Assembly (NCBI GenBank): GCA_001643675.2
Contig: LSRY02000048.1
Coordinates: 186,001-250,000 of the forward strand
DNA: 64,000 nt
Source: Monocercomonoides exilis PA203
Lineage: Eukaryota > Protista > Preaxostyla
Reading direction: 5' to 3'
The notes beneath the pieces are model-generated. The model saw only the letters and a list, made by a program, of their open reading frames with translations. It did no database searches and was not told where the DNA came from. Below, piece by piece: positions 29,600 through 42,964 of this stretch. Position 1 is the stretch's first letter, and each line of letters begins with the position of its first letter. A program made the position numbers and the translations under genes.

Positions 29600-31100
29600 C
29601 TGTTTTCCCAGCGAATGAGGGCAACTGAGGCTTTGGAGAGGCGTGAAACTATTCTCATTGGCCCATTGCTATTCACTCGCCCCGATCTTCTTCGCGATGA
29701 CATTCATCCCATTTTCTCGGGAAAGACAGCGCTTCATATGTTGAAGCAGAATCGATTTTCCTGATGATGGAGCTTCCCATTTTTTCATTTTCTTCCATCC
29801 CAGCTTCCTCTCTTGGGTTGTGTTTGGCCATCAGTTTCTCTTCGTTGTTGATTCTGCCTTCAAGCAAGTGCTTTTCCACTTTCTCTCCCACAAATCTTGA
29901 ATCGGTGCACTCTGGTGCGTTCGTCCTCTCTCTTTCCTCTTCTCATTGACACCTTCAAATGTGCCTGCGTCTCTCAACAACTTGAACCATATCCACATCA
30001 TCCACACATCCTGCGCTGCTGATGCTGACTGAACGGTCATTCAGAACATCAGAAGGACCACCACACAGAACAGCATGCTCGCGTCAGTCACAAACAGAAC
30101 ACGCAAAGCAGCAGAGACTTCTTTTTGCAAATGCTCATCTCACAGCATGCCCACAGCTCCAGAAACAGAACAGACAAAGGAATCGCCAATGTTGCAAAGC
30201 AGAGACCTCCACAATTCATTCCCATCTGCTGCTATTTGCCGCATCAAGAAAAGGTCAATCTCCAAAATCACACACACACACACACACACGAAGTGAACAG
30301 CAGAAGGCAAAGCGAAGCAAATGGCAGTTCGTTTTCTTGAGGCAAGGAAAATTGAATATTATTCATGACAGTTGTGAGTGAATGTCTGCAGATGGCTGAG
30401 GAAAGGGAATTTGGTTGCAGGGGAAGCAAGTATGAAGGAGATAAAGACGATCCGCTGTTGAAGAAGATGCACAGAATCCAGCGGATGCAGAAACAGAAAC
30501 AGAAACAGAAACAGAAACAGAAACTGAAACTGAAACTGAAACTGAAAAAGATGATGATGATGAGCTGAAATCGAATGATATTTTTTCAGGCCAAATGTTG
30601 AACATGGAACTGAAGAAGCTGTTGTGGAACAGCAACATTTTGAATTGCCCTTGTGACAAATTATGTAAGGGCTGAAAACATGTTGCAAACAAAGCAAATC
30701 ATGATTGACTCAATTTTTTTTTCCCCCAAAAGGGTGCAACAAAGCAGAAGATGCAAATCAATGTGGAGCAAAGCTCAGCAACACAACGAGAGACAACTTT
30801 TCTTCGTTTGGATCGTTCTATCAAAGGCTCGATTGCCTTCATAATCGCAATGCACAAAATATTCTTCTGAGAAAAACTTCGATCATCCAGTTCATTTCCT
30901 TCACTCATTTATTGTCATTTTCCTGCCTTCTAATTGGACAACAGCTTTCTTTGTTGAAAACGCTTCAATGTGTTTCTCTTCTTTTTCAAGAATTCCAAAT
31001 TGAAAAACAACTTGTTTTTGCTCCTCTTAACACAGCTGTTAATTATTGCTGAACTTGTTTTCATCACCAATAGCAGCAAAAGTTGAATGAAACTGCATTA
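29600..31100 (-). pseudogene. Degenerate gene of unknown family (mirror at ~36890-38390, + strand)
   Basis: Coding-like GC and a chain of short same-strand ORFs broken by stops and frameshifts; SVSVSV microsatellite insert. Confidence 0.45.
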
Positions 31101-31728
31101 AATCCACACATCCCTATATTTTAAGTTTATTATTCTATTCAAAGCTCCTTTCCTTTTTTATCCTGCTTCACAAAGCAAACTAATCACCTTTTCAAATGCA
31201 AATCAGACATTTTGCTATTCTAAGGGCTGCAAATGGAAATATCTTCACATTAATCGTGAGACTCACACCATCTTGAATATGGCAATAAACAACAGAAACT
31301 ATTGAAAATTGTTATTCATTCAAAGGCATTTCATATGAAAAAACAAGAAAATGAAAGCCAAATTTGGCGATTTCTTGTGATTGCCCCAGCCACCACTGGA
31401 AATAATTCTCACAATTCAGAGACAGATAACATCTGATGTTCTCTTATTTTGTGGATGGATAATTTCGTTTTGAAAAACAAAAAATGATGACGATCAGAAC
31501 ATCCATAACAACATACGCCAATAATTTATGATTTTCTTATTTATTTAAACCTTGCAAAAAATACCAATGCAAAAAATGATGGTTTGGGGACTGAAATTTA
31601 AATGGTTGTTTGAAGGATAAAATTTTTTGTAAACTTCTTCTATCCAAACATATACGAATTTGATATGAATGATAAAATTTTGGATGTCTTCTGAATTAAA
31701 TTCATTTTCAAAGAAGCAGGAGAATGAA

Positions 31729-33137
31729 ATGACTAAAAATGCAACAGGCTTGCGTTCACTACAACAATGAATTCATGTTATTTGCATTTTTTTCTTTCTT
31801 TTTTTTTTTTTTTTTTGAAGAATTGTTGGAAGAACTGAAAGATTGCTTTGAAGACAATCAGAAACAGAAAATTGAGGAATTGAATAAATTGATTGATAGA
31901 ATGAATAAAGATGAATTTGAATCTATTTTTTTCAGAGGAATTGTTCAATAAAATCGATAAAATGATTGAAAATAAAAACATGACATTGGACAATGTCATT
32001 TTGCTGATGAAGCACATTGGATATTGCACAGCACTGATTAACATACGGTTTTTTGGCTTTGAAAATTTATCTTTGAGCAAAAGATTTGAGAAGATGATTG
32101 CTTTTGAAAATGAGAAGAAAGAAGGAAAGAATGAAAGGCTTCTTGTTGATCTTTACGAATGCTATGCTTCCTTAAGATCCAACTTCTCAAAGGAATGGAT
32201 ATCAATCATTGTGCCTTGCATTCTGAAAGCTGCATTGAGGAAAGAGGAAAGCAAAGAAGTCCAGAAAGGCGTGGAAATGGCATTGCTGGCTTTGTGTAAT
32301 ACTAAATATTATGTATGAGCACTTCTATTTCCTTTTTGAAGTTATTGAATTTTTTCATTTTTTTATAAATTTATCGAACAAGAACTTTACCTAAATGAGA
32401 TCAAAGAAATCATCAAATATCATCAAGAACACAACAATCTGACTCGACTTGCCTATCAATCTGCTTGGAAGTTTTTGATAAACAGATTGTTCTGTGACGA
32501 AGACTTGGAAAGGTTAATTGCAAACGAGCTGCATTTTGCGAGAGAAGCGGCAAAAAAGCTTGAAGAAATATCGAAATGTGTGGATTGGAAGAAGAGAAAA
32601 GAGGAAGTGAGCAGAGAAGAAATGAAAGAAGCAAATATTTCAAAGAGATAGATCAGAATGTTGAAGCTTTTCGCTGAACCATGCAAATCGAGGAGTGAAG
32701 AGAATGAAAGGTTTATTGGGAGCATTGTTCAAGTGTTTCGAGCAACAAAGGGAAATCACAGAGAAATTTGTGAGATGTGCATTCAATATATAGAAACTTT
32801 GGTGGAAAAAGGAAATTTTCAAATTGATGGATTGGTTAAAAGTGGAGCTGTTGATGTGTTTTTGGAGAAAGTTCAGCAAATAACAATTGAAGACTCAAAC
32901 ACATTCAGTTGTTAAGAATTTTTTGTTGCAATTTCCAGAAAATTGAAAAGAAATGCAAATGATGAAATCGACGAAGCGAAAAGAAAAGCAACAAAAATGG
33001 AGTTGTTTGAAAAGATGGAAGAAGAAGGATACGAAGACATCATCACAAGCTTTCATGGAACGCTGCTGAATATCATAAGCGACAATCCAGATTACCAACC
33101 GTCAAGAGATTCATTTGATTATTTTGTGCATCTGTAA
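31729..33137 (+). pseudogene. 'ELHFARE' family copy, disrupted
   Basis: Collinear with the 34843-36314 protein (LLVDLYECY, VEMALLAL, IANELHFAREAA, FEKMEEEGYEDII). Frameshift near 31930 and in-frame stops near 32650 and 32913. Confidence 0.85.
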
Positions 33138-33498
33138 AACAATTTTTCGAACCAATTCTTTGAATTAAATCTTCAGCAGAGAAAAGAAAAAGAAAAAGAA
33201 AAATGGAATGAAAAAGAAACAAAGTTTCAGAAGAGACGGACAGAAGCAAATGAACAAACGAAAGAAAAAGAAAAAGAGAGAAGAGAGAAGAAAAGATTTC
33301 TTTCAAAAGCAGCTTTTTTGGATGGGCAATAAGAATATTCTACACAAATTGTGGATTCTTCATTCTTTTAAATTATTCTTCTCATTATCATCTTCTGCTT
33401 ATGCTACAATCTCACTTAAACAATCATTCACTTGCACAACATCAGTTTTCATTTATTCAATCGGTCCTTCTTCTTTTTCTTCTTCTGTTTAACTCATA

Positions 33499-33822
33499 TT
33501 GTCTTTTCCTTCTCTGAATGAACCAGCCAATATCATTTCTCACGTTTGGAATGAGAACTCGTCTGAGAGTCTGAAAGATCAACTTTCTGCTCACCTTTCA
33601 AAGCCAAAATGCAAAACCGATGAAAGCACAGAAAAGGAAGCCTGGAAAGAATACAGCACATCTGTTGGTGAGACATCTGCATCTGCGTTGCCTGAAGATC
33701 TGCCAACTGCAAGTCAAGAATTAGCAACCACTCCAACCACGGAATTCAAGAAAGAAAATGCTCTGAATCTGATAAACGAACTGGCAGAGTTGAAGGGTCT
33801 TATAAATGGGTTTTCGCTGTGA
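33499..33822 (+). other. Coding-like fragment in the palindrome spacer
   Basis: 107-codon open frame with no ATG and protein-like composition; no family recognised. Confidence 0.3.
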
Positions 33823-34842
33823 AAATTTCCTCACATCAAAATTATTATTATTTTTTTTAACAAACATTGTGTATGTAGAGAAATCTTTCTAATTTGTTTG
33901 AAAAGTTCCATTGTCTTATTTTTTGTGTGATTATGTTTTCATATCTTACAAAATTTGCGCCTCACTCAATTATGTCTTTAAAATATCTTTTTTCTTCACA
34001 ATTATTTCAATTGTTGTTTTTCAAATGTTTCTGAAACTTGTGAAATATTGACTTTTATCGATATTTGTTAACATTTGTTTCCATTTTGAGAATTTTTGCA
34101 AAATAAGCATTTTAAAATTCATAGCAGGTTTGATTCAAGAGTCAAATTAACAATCCAAGCGAACAAAAGATGAATGAAAAACAGATTTTTTTTGCAAGAA
34201 CGTGCTCTTCACGATTTGAAGATTGCATCTTCATATTCTTCCTTTTCATTATCATCCTCCTCTTCGTCTTCTTATTTCTTAACTGTATTTGGCTGAAAAG
34301 TTTTTGATCAAAAAACAAGCAGAATTTTAAGATGAAAGAGAAAAGCTTTCCAAATGAAAGAAAAAGAGGGAATGAAAAATGATGTCAGACTGAAGAGGAA
34401 GAGGATTTGGTAGGATTTTTTGTTTTTGAAGTTGAGAATCAAGAATTGGTCACAAAAAATCAAAAGAAAGTTCTTTTTCTTCGTGTTCATTCGCTTCTTC
34501 TCAAACATCTATCGGTTTTTTCTCGTTTCATTTCTCTTTATCATTTCAACAAATTCACAGGAATTCCAAAAAAAGCGGAGAAGAGGCAATGAAATAATAA
34601 ATGGAAGGAAATGATGATTATTTTTTTATGAAACTTCTGAGCAGATGGGATTTTTTGAGTTTTCTTAATCCCAAAATAGAAGGATTTGAATGTTATATTT
34701 CATGTTATTTCACTTTACAGAATTTTAATGAAGTGAAAAAGAAAAAGATATAAAACTAACTTTACATTTGTTAATGTGACAAAATACTGAATGAAAAATA
34801 AACAAAAAATTTGAGTTACAGAATAAATATCATTTCACTTTC

Positions 34843-36314
34843 TCAAACATTTACAAAATAATCTGTTGAATATCCTGGAATTGTGCATTCAAATTTATAC
34901 ACTAAAAATGAAAATATTTCCTCAAAGCTTATGATCACATCTTCGAATCCTTCGTTTTCCATCTTTTCAAACACGTTCCTTTTCAACCTTTTTCTTTTCG
35001 CTTCATCTATTTCATCGTCTGTGCTTTCTTCCAATTTTCTTGAGGGACCCTCAAAGAATCTAAAGCAATATAAATTGATTTCGTCACTTAATGTTGGCTG
35101 ATGAAGTTCTTCAAAAACAACATCCATAGATCTGCTCTTCAACAAATCTTCAATTTTCACTGATTTGCTTATTGCTGCTTCTTTCAAGGAATGAATGCAT
35201 CTTCTGCAAATTTCTCTATGACTATCCTTTGCCACCCGAAATACATTCACAACACTGCTGACAAGCCCAGCAAGTTCTTTATTCCACAAATTGCATGCCT
35301 CGAAGAAAGATTTCAACGTTCTGATCCATCTCTTTACAACATTTGCTTCTTTCGCTTCTTCTCTGCTCATTTCCTCTTTTTTCTTCTTCCAATCCACGCA
35401 TCTTGTCAGATCTTCCAGTTCCTTCACTGCTTCTCTGACAAAATGCAGTTCATTCATTATCATTCCTCCCAATCTTTTGTCGAAATTAAATCTATTTATC
35501 AAAAAATCCCAAGCAGATTGATACGCGAATCTCGACAGATTGTGGCGTTTTTGATGATATTCGATGATTTCTTTGATTTCATTGATATATCGTTCTTGCT
35601 TTATTTCCTAATAAAAATTTGAGAGAAATCAATAAATGAAACAAAAATTATTGCACTAACAAACAAACAAAAAGTGCACACCACCCAATACCAAATATTG
35701 CTCGAAGCCACCAAAGCCATTTCCACTTCTTTTTGTGTTTCTTCGTTTTCTTTCTTGTTTGATGCAGCTTTCAGAAGGTGTAGCATGCAAATAACAATAA
35801 CATTGTCTGGTATAAAACATTTACTTGTGATTAAATGGCATTCGCAAAGATCAACAAGAAGTCTTTCATTCTTTTCTTCTTTTTTCTCATCTTCTTCAAC
35901 AATCATCTTCTCAAATCTTTTGCTCAGTTCAGAATCGTAATAATGGTCGCTCCATGCTCCAGTCAGCGCTTTGCAATATCCAATGTGCTTTGACAGCAAA
36001 ATAGCCCTGTCCAATGTCATGTTTTTTTCTTCAATCATTTTTCCAATTTTGTTCAAATTGTTAATTGTGAAAATGGATTCAATTTCATCTTCGTCCATCT
36101 CATCCATAATTTCCCTTATTTCTTCGATTTTTTGTTTCTGTTCAATTTCAGTGCAATGGTCCAGTTCGTTGAACAAAACTTCAAAAAAAACGGAAAATAA
36201 AAGGAGAAACAGTAATCATAAATTCAAAAATATCAATGTTTGCAAACCATTGAACTTTTCTGTGATATTCATCTTCTGTATTTTTTGTATTGCGTCATCC
36301 TGAAGACACATCAT
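34843..36314 (-). CDS. 'ELHFARE' family protein (~440 aa, helical, possibly ARM/HEAT-like), apparently intact, 2 introns
   Basis: MMCLQDDAIQKIQKMNITEKFN, intron 36247-36179, VLFNELDHC..., intron ~35680-35608, EIKQERYINEIKEII...ELHFVREAVKELE...DYFVNV*. Confidence 0.8.
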
Positions 36315-38856
36315 TTTCTTCAAGCACACAGATACAAAACAAAACAGTTCGGAAAAATAGAAAAATGAACAGGTAACATAGTCATTTTAATTTCAGTATT
36401 CAAACTTATCTTTAAAGTGTTAATATTTTAAGAGAGTAATTGAGAAGAAGAACAACGATTCAACAATTTGGATTTGTTGTTATGGCTGTAATGATCGGAA
36501 TCATTGTTTATTTTTTCAAAACGAAATTGTCCATCCACAAAATAAGAGAATATCAAATATAATCCATCTATGAATAATGCGATTTATTCCCAGTGATGGT
36601 TGGAGGCAATCACAAGAAATCGTCAAATTTGGCTTTCATTTTCTTGTTTTTTCATATGAAATGCCTTTGAATGAATAACAGTTGACAATGGTTTCTGTTG
36701 TTTATTGCCATATTCAAGATGGTGTGAGTCTCTCGATTAATGTGAAGATATTTCCATTTGCAGCCCTTAGAATAGCAAAATGTCTGATTTGCATTTGAAA
36801 AGGTGATTAGTTTGCTTTGTGAAGCAGGATAAAAAAGAAAAGGAGCTTTGAATAGAATAATAGACTGAAAACAAAGGAATATGTGGATTAAACGCGGTTT
36901 CATTCAACTCTTTCTGTGATTGGTGATGATAACAAGTTTAGCAAGAATTAACAGCTGTGTTAAGAGGAGCAAAAACAAGTTGTTTTTCAATTTGGAATTC
37001 TTGAAAAAGAAGAGAAACACATTGAAGCGTTTTCAACAAAGAAAGCTGTTGTCCAATTAGAAGGCAGGAAAATGACAATAAATGAGTGAAGGAAATGAAC
37101 TGGATGATCGAAGTTTTTCTCAGAAGAATATTTTGTGCATTGCGATTATGAAGGCAATCGAGCCTTTGATAGAACGATCCAAACGAAGAAAAGTTGTCTC
37201 TCGTTGTGTTGCTGAGCTTTGCTCCACATTGATTTGCATCTTCTGCTTTGTTGCACCCTTTTGGGGGAAAAAAAAATTGAGTCAATCATGATTTGCTTTG
37301 TTTGCAACATGTTTTCAGCCCTTACATAATTTGTCACAAGGGCAATTCAAAATGTTGCTGTTCCACAACAGCTTCTTCAGTTCCATGTTCAACATTTGGC
37401 CTGAAAAAATATCATTCGATTTCAGCTCATCATCATCATCTTTTTCAGTTTCAGTTTCAGTTTCAGTTTCTGTTTCTGTTTCTGTTTCTGTTTCTGTTTC
37501 TGCATCCGCTGGATTCTGTGCATCTTCTTCAACAGCGGATCGTCTTTATCTCCTTCATACTTGCTTCCCCTGCAACCAAATTCCCTTTCCTCAGCCATCT
37601 GCAGACATTCACTCACAACTGTCATGAATAATATTCAATTTTCCTTGCCTCAAGAAAACGAACTGCCATTTGCTTCGCTTTGCCTTCTGCTGTTCACTTC
37701 GTGTGTGTGTGTGTGTGTGTGATTTTGGAGATTGACCTTTTCTTGATGCGGCAAATAGCAGCAGATGGGAATGAATTGTGGAGGTCTCTGCTTTGCAACA
37801 TTGGCGATTCCTTTGTCTGTTCTGTTTCTGGAGCTGTGGGCATGCTGTGAGATGAGCATTTGCAAAAAGAAGTCTCTGCTGCTTTGCGTGTTCTGTTTGT
37901 GACTGACGCGAGCATGCTGTTCTGTGTGGTGGTCCTTCTGATGTTCTGAATGACCGTTCAGTCAGCATCAGCAGCGCAGGATGTGTGGATGATGTGGATA
38001 TGGTTCAAGTTGTTGAGAGACGCAGGCACATTTGAAGGTGTCAATGAGAAGAGGAAAGAGAGAGGACGAACGCACCAGAGTGCACCGATTCAAGATTTGT
38101 GGGAGAGAAAGTGGAAAAGCACTTGCTTGAAGGCAGAATCAACAACGAAGAGAAACTGATGGCCAAACACAACCCAAGAGAGGAAGCTGGGATGGAAGAA
38201 AATGAAAAAATGGGAAGCTCCATCATCAGGAAAATCGATTCTGCTTCAACATATGAAGCGCTGTCTTTCCCGAGAAAATGGGATGAATGTCATCGCGAAG
38301 AAGATCGGGGCGAGTGAATAGCAATGGGCCAATGAGAATAGTTTCACGCCTCTCCAAAGCCTCAGTTGCCCTCATTCGCTGGGAAAACAGCACCACATAA
38401 GCTTTGATCTTCCTTTTCAAAAAAAATCCCTTCTCGTGAAACACAAATGAAAGAATCAAATGAAAAAGTTGCTTTGGGGATTCTTGTTTTGTTGCAATTT
38501 TTGTTTTGAAGCAACTGTTTCGATTCATTTTCTTTGAATGAATGATTTGTTGTAATTATTTTTGTGTGTGTGAAACATACAAAAAGTGGAAGGAAAAATA
38601 TTTCGGAATAAAAATGGAATATTATTCGTCGACACAAAAATATGTCTCTTTTTCTTCTTACTCAAACAGCAGAAAATATGTTGTTTTTTCTTTCTGATGT
38701 GCATTCCGAAATGCGAAAACTGCAACCCCAGGAAGAAAAAAATATCTGGAGCATGGCGCAGTTTTTCCGAGACGAAGCGTTTCAAAAGATTGTTTGGAAC
38801 AAGAACATTTTTGATAATTATTTTCTTTTTGTTGATCAACAACCAATTGTCTTTCT

Positions 38857-41800
38857 ATGAAAATGTTTTTGACTTTGATTCTCGCGAACTGTCTGTTTGC
38901 CAGTTGTCCCGCTCCGCAGCGCGATAACAAAAATCGGTCAAATGCATTTTCCGATGGCTGTCCCGAGGCAGCTGTTGATGCCGTTTTTGTTTCTGAAAAA
39001 GGAGACGATTCGAAGCAGAACTGTGGAAGTGAAGCAGATCCGTGCAAAACAATTGCGAAAGGGATTGAGCTGCTTGGGGAAGGCCCTGGAGATAAGTCCG
39101 TCAAAATTGTTGATTCCGCTGAAATTCCATACGGTTTTCAGTTTTTGAAAGATTTCAGCCTTGGGATAGCAGCAGCATCGAAGCAGGGCGCGGGCAAAAC
39201 ACTTGATTTTGAATTGGATGGCATTGTTGCGAAAGGGAAGTCCCACATGGTGAATGAGAAAACACTGACGCTGGAACATTTGATGTTTAATCTTATTCCA
39301 TTCAAAACTGATAAGCTATCAAAGGAAGCAGAAGCCTCTTCCGCGGTGATTCTTTCTAGGGGCGTTGGCGGAGCCTTGACGATAAGGCATGTCGGAATAT
39401 GTTTTCAAAAATGGACAGATGAATATGCGCCATTTTCGATATTGAGAATAACAGAAGGAAAATTGTCAATTGATGGATTTCATTGGGGTTACTTGGGGTA
39501 TTACTATCTTTCTAGTGCGGCCATCCTGCACATATCCGAAGATGTTGCTGTTCAAAAATTGAAGAGTCTTCAAATGGACCATGCAAAGCTTGAAAAAGAA
39601 TGTGCCCTGGAACTTCGGTCTTCGTTCACGCTGGAAGGAAGCCACTTTGGCTCTGTTGAGAGGGCAAATGCAGGGCCAGCGCTGCTCGAAGCGAAAAGTG
39701 GGGCAGACAAAAAAGTGGCGATTACTATATCTGAATGCAAGATATCTTCGATGCAATCGCAGAAATCAGAAAATGGTGGCTGCATCTATTTTGAGATGAT
39801 GCACCCGGAGAGTGAACTGAACATTGTCGATACAATATTTGATTGGGGAAGGGCTGTTCGTGGGGGAGGGGCGATGATTGGTGCGATGAAAGGGAAAGTG
39901 AAGTTGGAAAATGTGGAGTTTCGCAGCTGTGAGGCAGCTGCCGATGGAGGAGGGCTGGTGATACGTGATCTGACGCAGATGGCAGGATTTGAATGCAGAA
40001 ACGGCACATTTCGGGGATGCAAGGCAAAGACAGGCGGAGGGATGGCAATACATTTGGGAGAAGAGACAAGGCTGATCGACGAAATTTTGTTCAAAAACTG
40101 TTTCTTCAGTGACAACTCAGCAGGACAGTGCGGAAATGATCTTGCGCTGTGCAGTGAAGGAGACGTTGAAATGAGCCGAACGCCTTTTGATGCAGATTCC
40201 TTCAGCGTGACGAAAGACCATCGAGTTGGAGCGATAAAGAAAGATGGAGCAATTGTATTTTATGAGGACTGGCTGCGCTTTGACACACTGGATATCGATG
40301 TCGATGGAGAAAACGGAGAAGACAGCGCGGAATGCGGCAGAAGGGGGAAAATGGCTTGCAAGACGATGAAGCAGGCTCTGTTGAACTGCCTGGCAGGCAG
40401 AGCATTTACTGTGTATGCAGCAGAAGACGGCAACAAATACGACGCCGAGCCAATAATGATTGAAGAAAGGTCGGCCAAAGTTGCAAACAGAAAAGACAAC
40501 GTGATCAGCATCACAACAGTGCTGGACGAAGCGAAGGCGCATCCGGGCGAGGGGCTGTTTAATGTGCGGCAAAATGCGAATTTTGGGCTGTACAGAGCAG
40601 ATGTGCAAGTGGACACAACGAGACAGAGCGGGAGAGACAATGGCCTGTTTGTGTGTGATGGAGACAGGGCGTGTGCTGACATCTACCGAGTGAATATCTC
40701 GTGCACCGATTCTCAACAGATTCTAAACTGTGTGCTGATCGAATGCAAAATGGGAACTCTATACATGAACGAAGTCTTTATCTCTCATTTCACATCTTCT
40801 TTTGCGCTCGTCTTGGTGGAAGCTGGGGAATATGTTGATTTGATAAGATTGAGCATGGACACGGTCTCCACGATGAGTACAGCACAGTCAATTGTTACTA
40901 TTTTGGCGGGGTGCAGGCAACTGAGCTTTAACGATGGAAAGTTTTCTAACTGCAGATCGACGGAACATCGACTGGGAGGAGTGCTGCATTTGGAGATTGG
41001 GAATGGGAATTATTACAGCTTTTACGGTGCTGAATTCAAAAATTGCTCGTGCAAAGGTGCGCAAATGACTTCAGATGGACAGGGGTTGATGCTGAACGAA
41101 GAGTCGAAAGGCGGAGCGATGTTTATTCGAGTTGGCGATGAAATCACAGGAGCAGTGAATTTGAGATTGAACGGGATGAGATTTAGTGAGTGCTGGGCAG
41201 ACCGAGGAGAGCTTGTGTATCTTTCGTTTCCGAGCGGAAGGAAGCAGATAAAAGAGGAGTTGTTTGAATTTGAGATGGAAGAGATATATGGAAAAGCGAA
41301 TCTGATGCTTTTGGAAGAAAGGAAAGGGGGAGAGGCGAATGTTGTTGATCTTCTGAGCGACGAAGCGAACAGACTGCCTTACCATTCTCAGAATATTTAT
41401 GTTGGAGGAGCGAAGGCGAGCGACGACAAGGTCTGTGGAGCAAAAGAAAGACCGTGCGATCTGCTCAGCACCGCCATCGAGCATGGAATCCATGTTAAAG
41501 TTATGACGATGCATGTGATTGGAAGAGTTTTCGTAAACGAGCCGTTTTTGATTGACGAGTTTGTCACGCTGACTTCTGCATCTGTCCCTTCATCTGAGTG
41601 GGAACAGGGATCAGGCACAACTTGGAAGATGTTGTCAGGCGCAGAGAAGAATCGGGGCATCCTTCGAATTGGGGCGAATATGAAAGCGGAGGAGTCGACA
41701 GCTGTGTTTTATATGGACAATTGTTATCTGAAGTTTGAGCACATTGACATGGAGTATCCGGATGCGGTTGAGGGGGGATGCGCTGGATGTGATCTGTTCG

Positions 41801-42964
41801 AAAAGCTTCTTGAAAATAACAGATGTTGTCTTCAGGCCGTGGTACACCGGGTTGAAAGGAGAAAATGTGAAAGGGGGAGAAGGAAGAGCGCTTCCGTACA
41901 GGCTGATAGTGTTCGGGCATAGATGGGAAACATTCACGCAGCTGGTCATTTACGGGAGAAACGGAAACATCACAAGCAGCAAGCAGCACAAGGAATGGAA
42001 AGATGGGAAAGAAGGAGAGGAGAAGAGGAGCAGTGTTTTGAGATTGGAGGAGCCATTTGCAAGCAGGGATGGGATGAATGGAGTTGGAGAAGAGGAAAGC
42101 CAGCTGTGTTTGTGGGATTGTGGATTGGTTTGTCTGCAGGAAGAATCTTTTGTGGAGATGGAGGACAGCAGGTTTGTGGACATCGGCGAAGGAGCGATTT
42201 ATGGAACGCAATCGTGTCTGAGCTTGAACAACTGCAGCTTTGTGAACAATCACCCGATTGGGAAGGATTGGGAGAAGTTTGCATCGCTGCGGAACAACAT
42301 TCGATTTCTGGAAAAAGAGAGAGAGAAGCCGCTTTTCATCAACAGCCTGGCTGCTGGGAGCGATGGATTGGAGGGAAGGCCATTTGGGATGCTTGTGGAG
42401 GTGGAGGTGGGTGGGCGTGCGGCAGAAAATATGGACTCGTATTTCTTCAGTCCTGTTTTGAAGAATGCAACGATGATCAAAAAGGCGAAGGAGACAGCAG
42501 AGCAAGGAAAAGGCGGGAAAATCGAGTCAGACGAAGGAGCACGCGCTGTGATTCAGGGGTGCTATCTGTTTCCGTGTGGACTTACAGTCGAAGCATCGAA
42601 GAAAAGAGTGGGGGGAAGGAAGGAGTGGATTGAATGCCCTGTTTCTGAGTATGTGAACGAGACAGAGATGAGAGTGGAGATTCCATCATCGCTGCTGGAT
42701 GGCGACGAGTACACATCGTTGGTTTGCCGGCTGAGATACCCGAGCGGAATATCCGAAGGAGAGAAAAGGAGCACAGAGTATATCACTCTGGCGAAGCAGA
42801 AGAAAGAAGATCCGAAGAAGCTGACAACAGCGCAGCTGGTGGCAGTCATTGTGTCTGTGAGTGTGTGCTCAGTTGCTGCAGTTGTGGGGGTTGTAATTGT
42901 TGCCTGTGTGGTGAGAAAGAGGAAGCGAAGGCAATACAAGCGGATTGCGGATGAGAAGAATTAG
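38857..42964 (+). CDS. Second copy of the 1368 aa surface protein with a +1 G frameshift at ~41773
   Basis: Translation identical to 25026-29132 except G6 instead of G5 at 41772-41777. Either a pseudogene or a homopolymer error. Confidence 0.85.
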
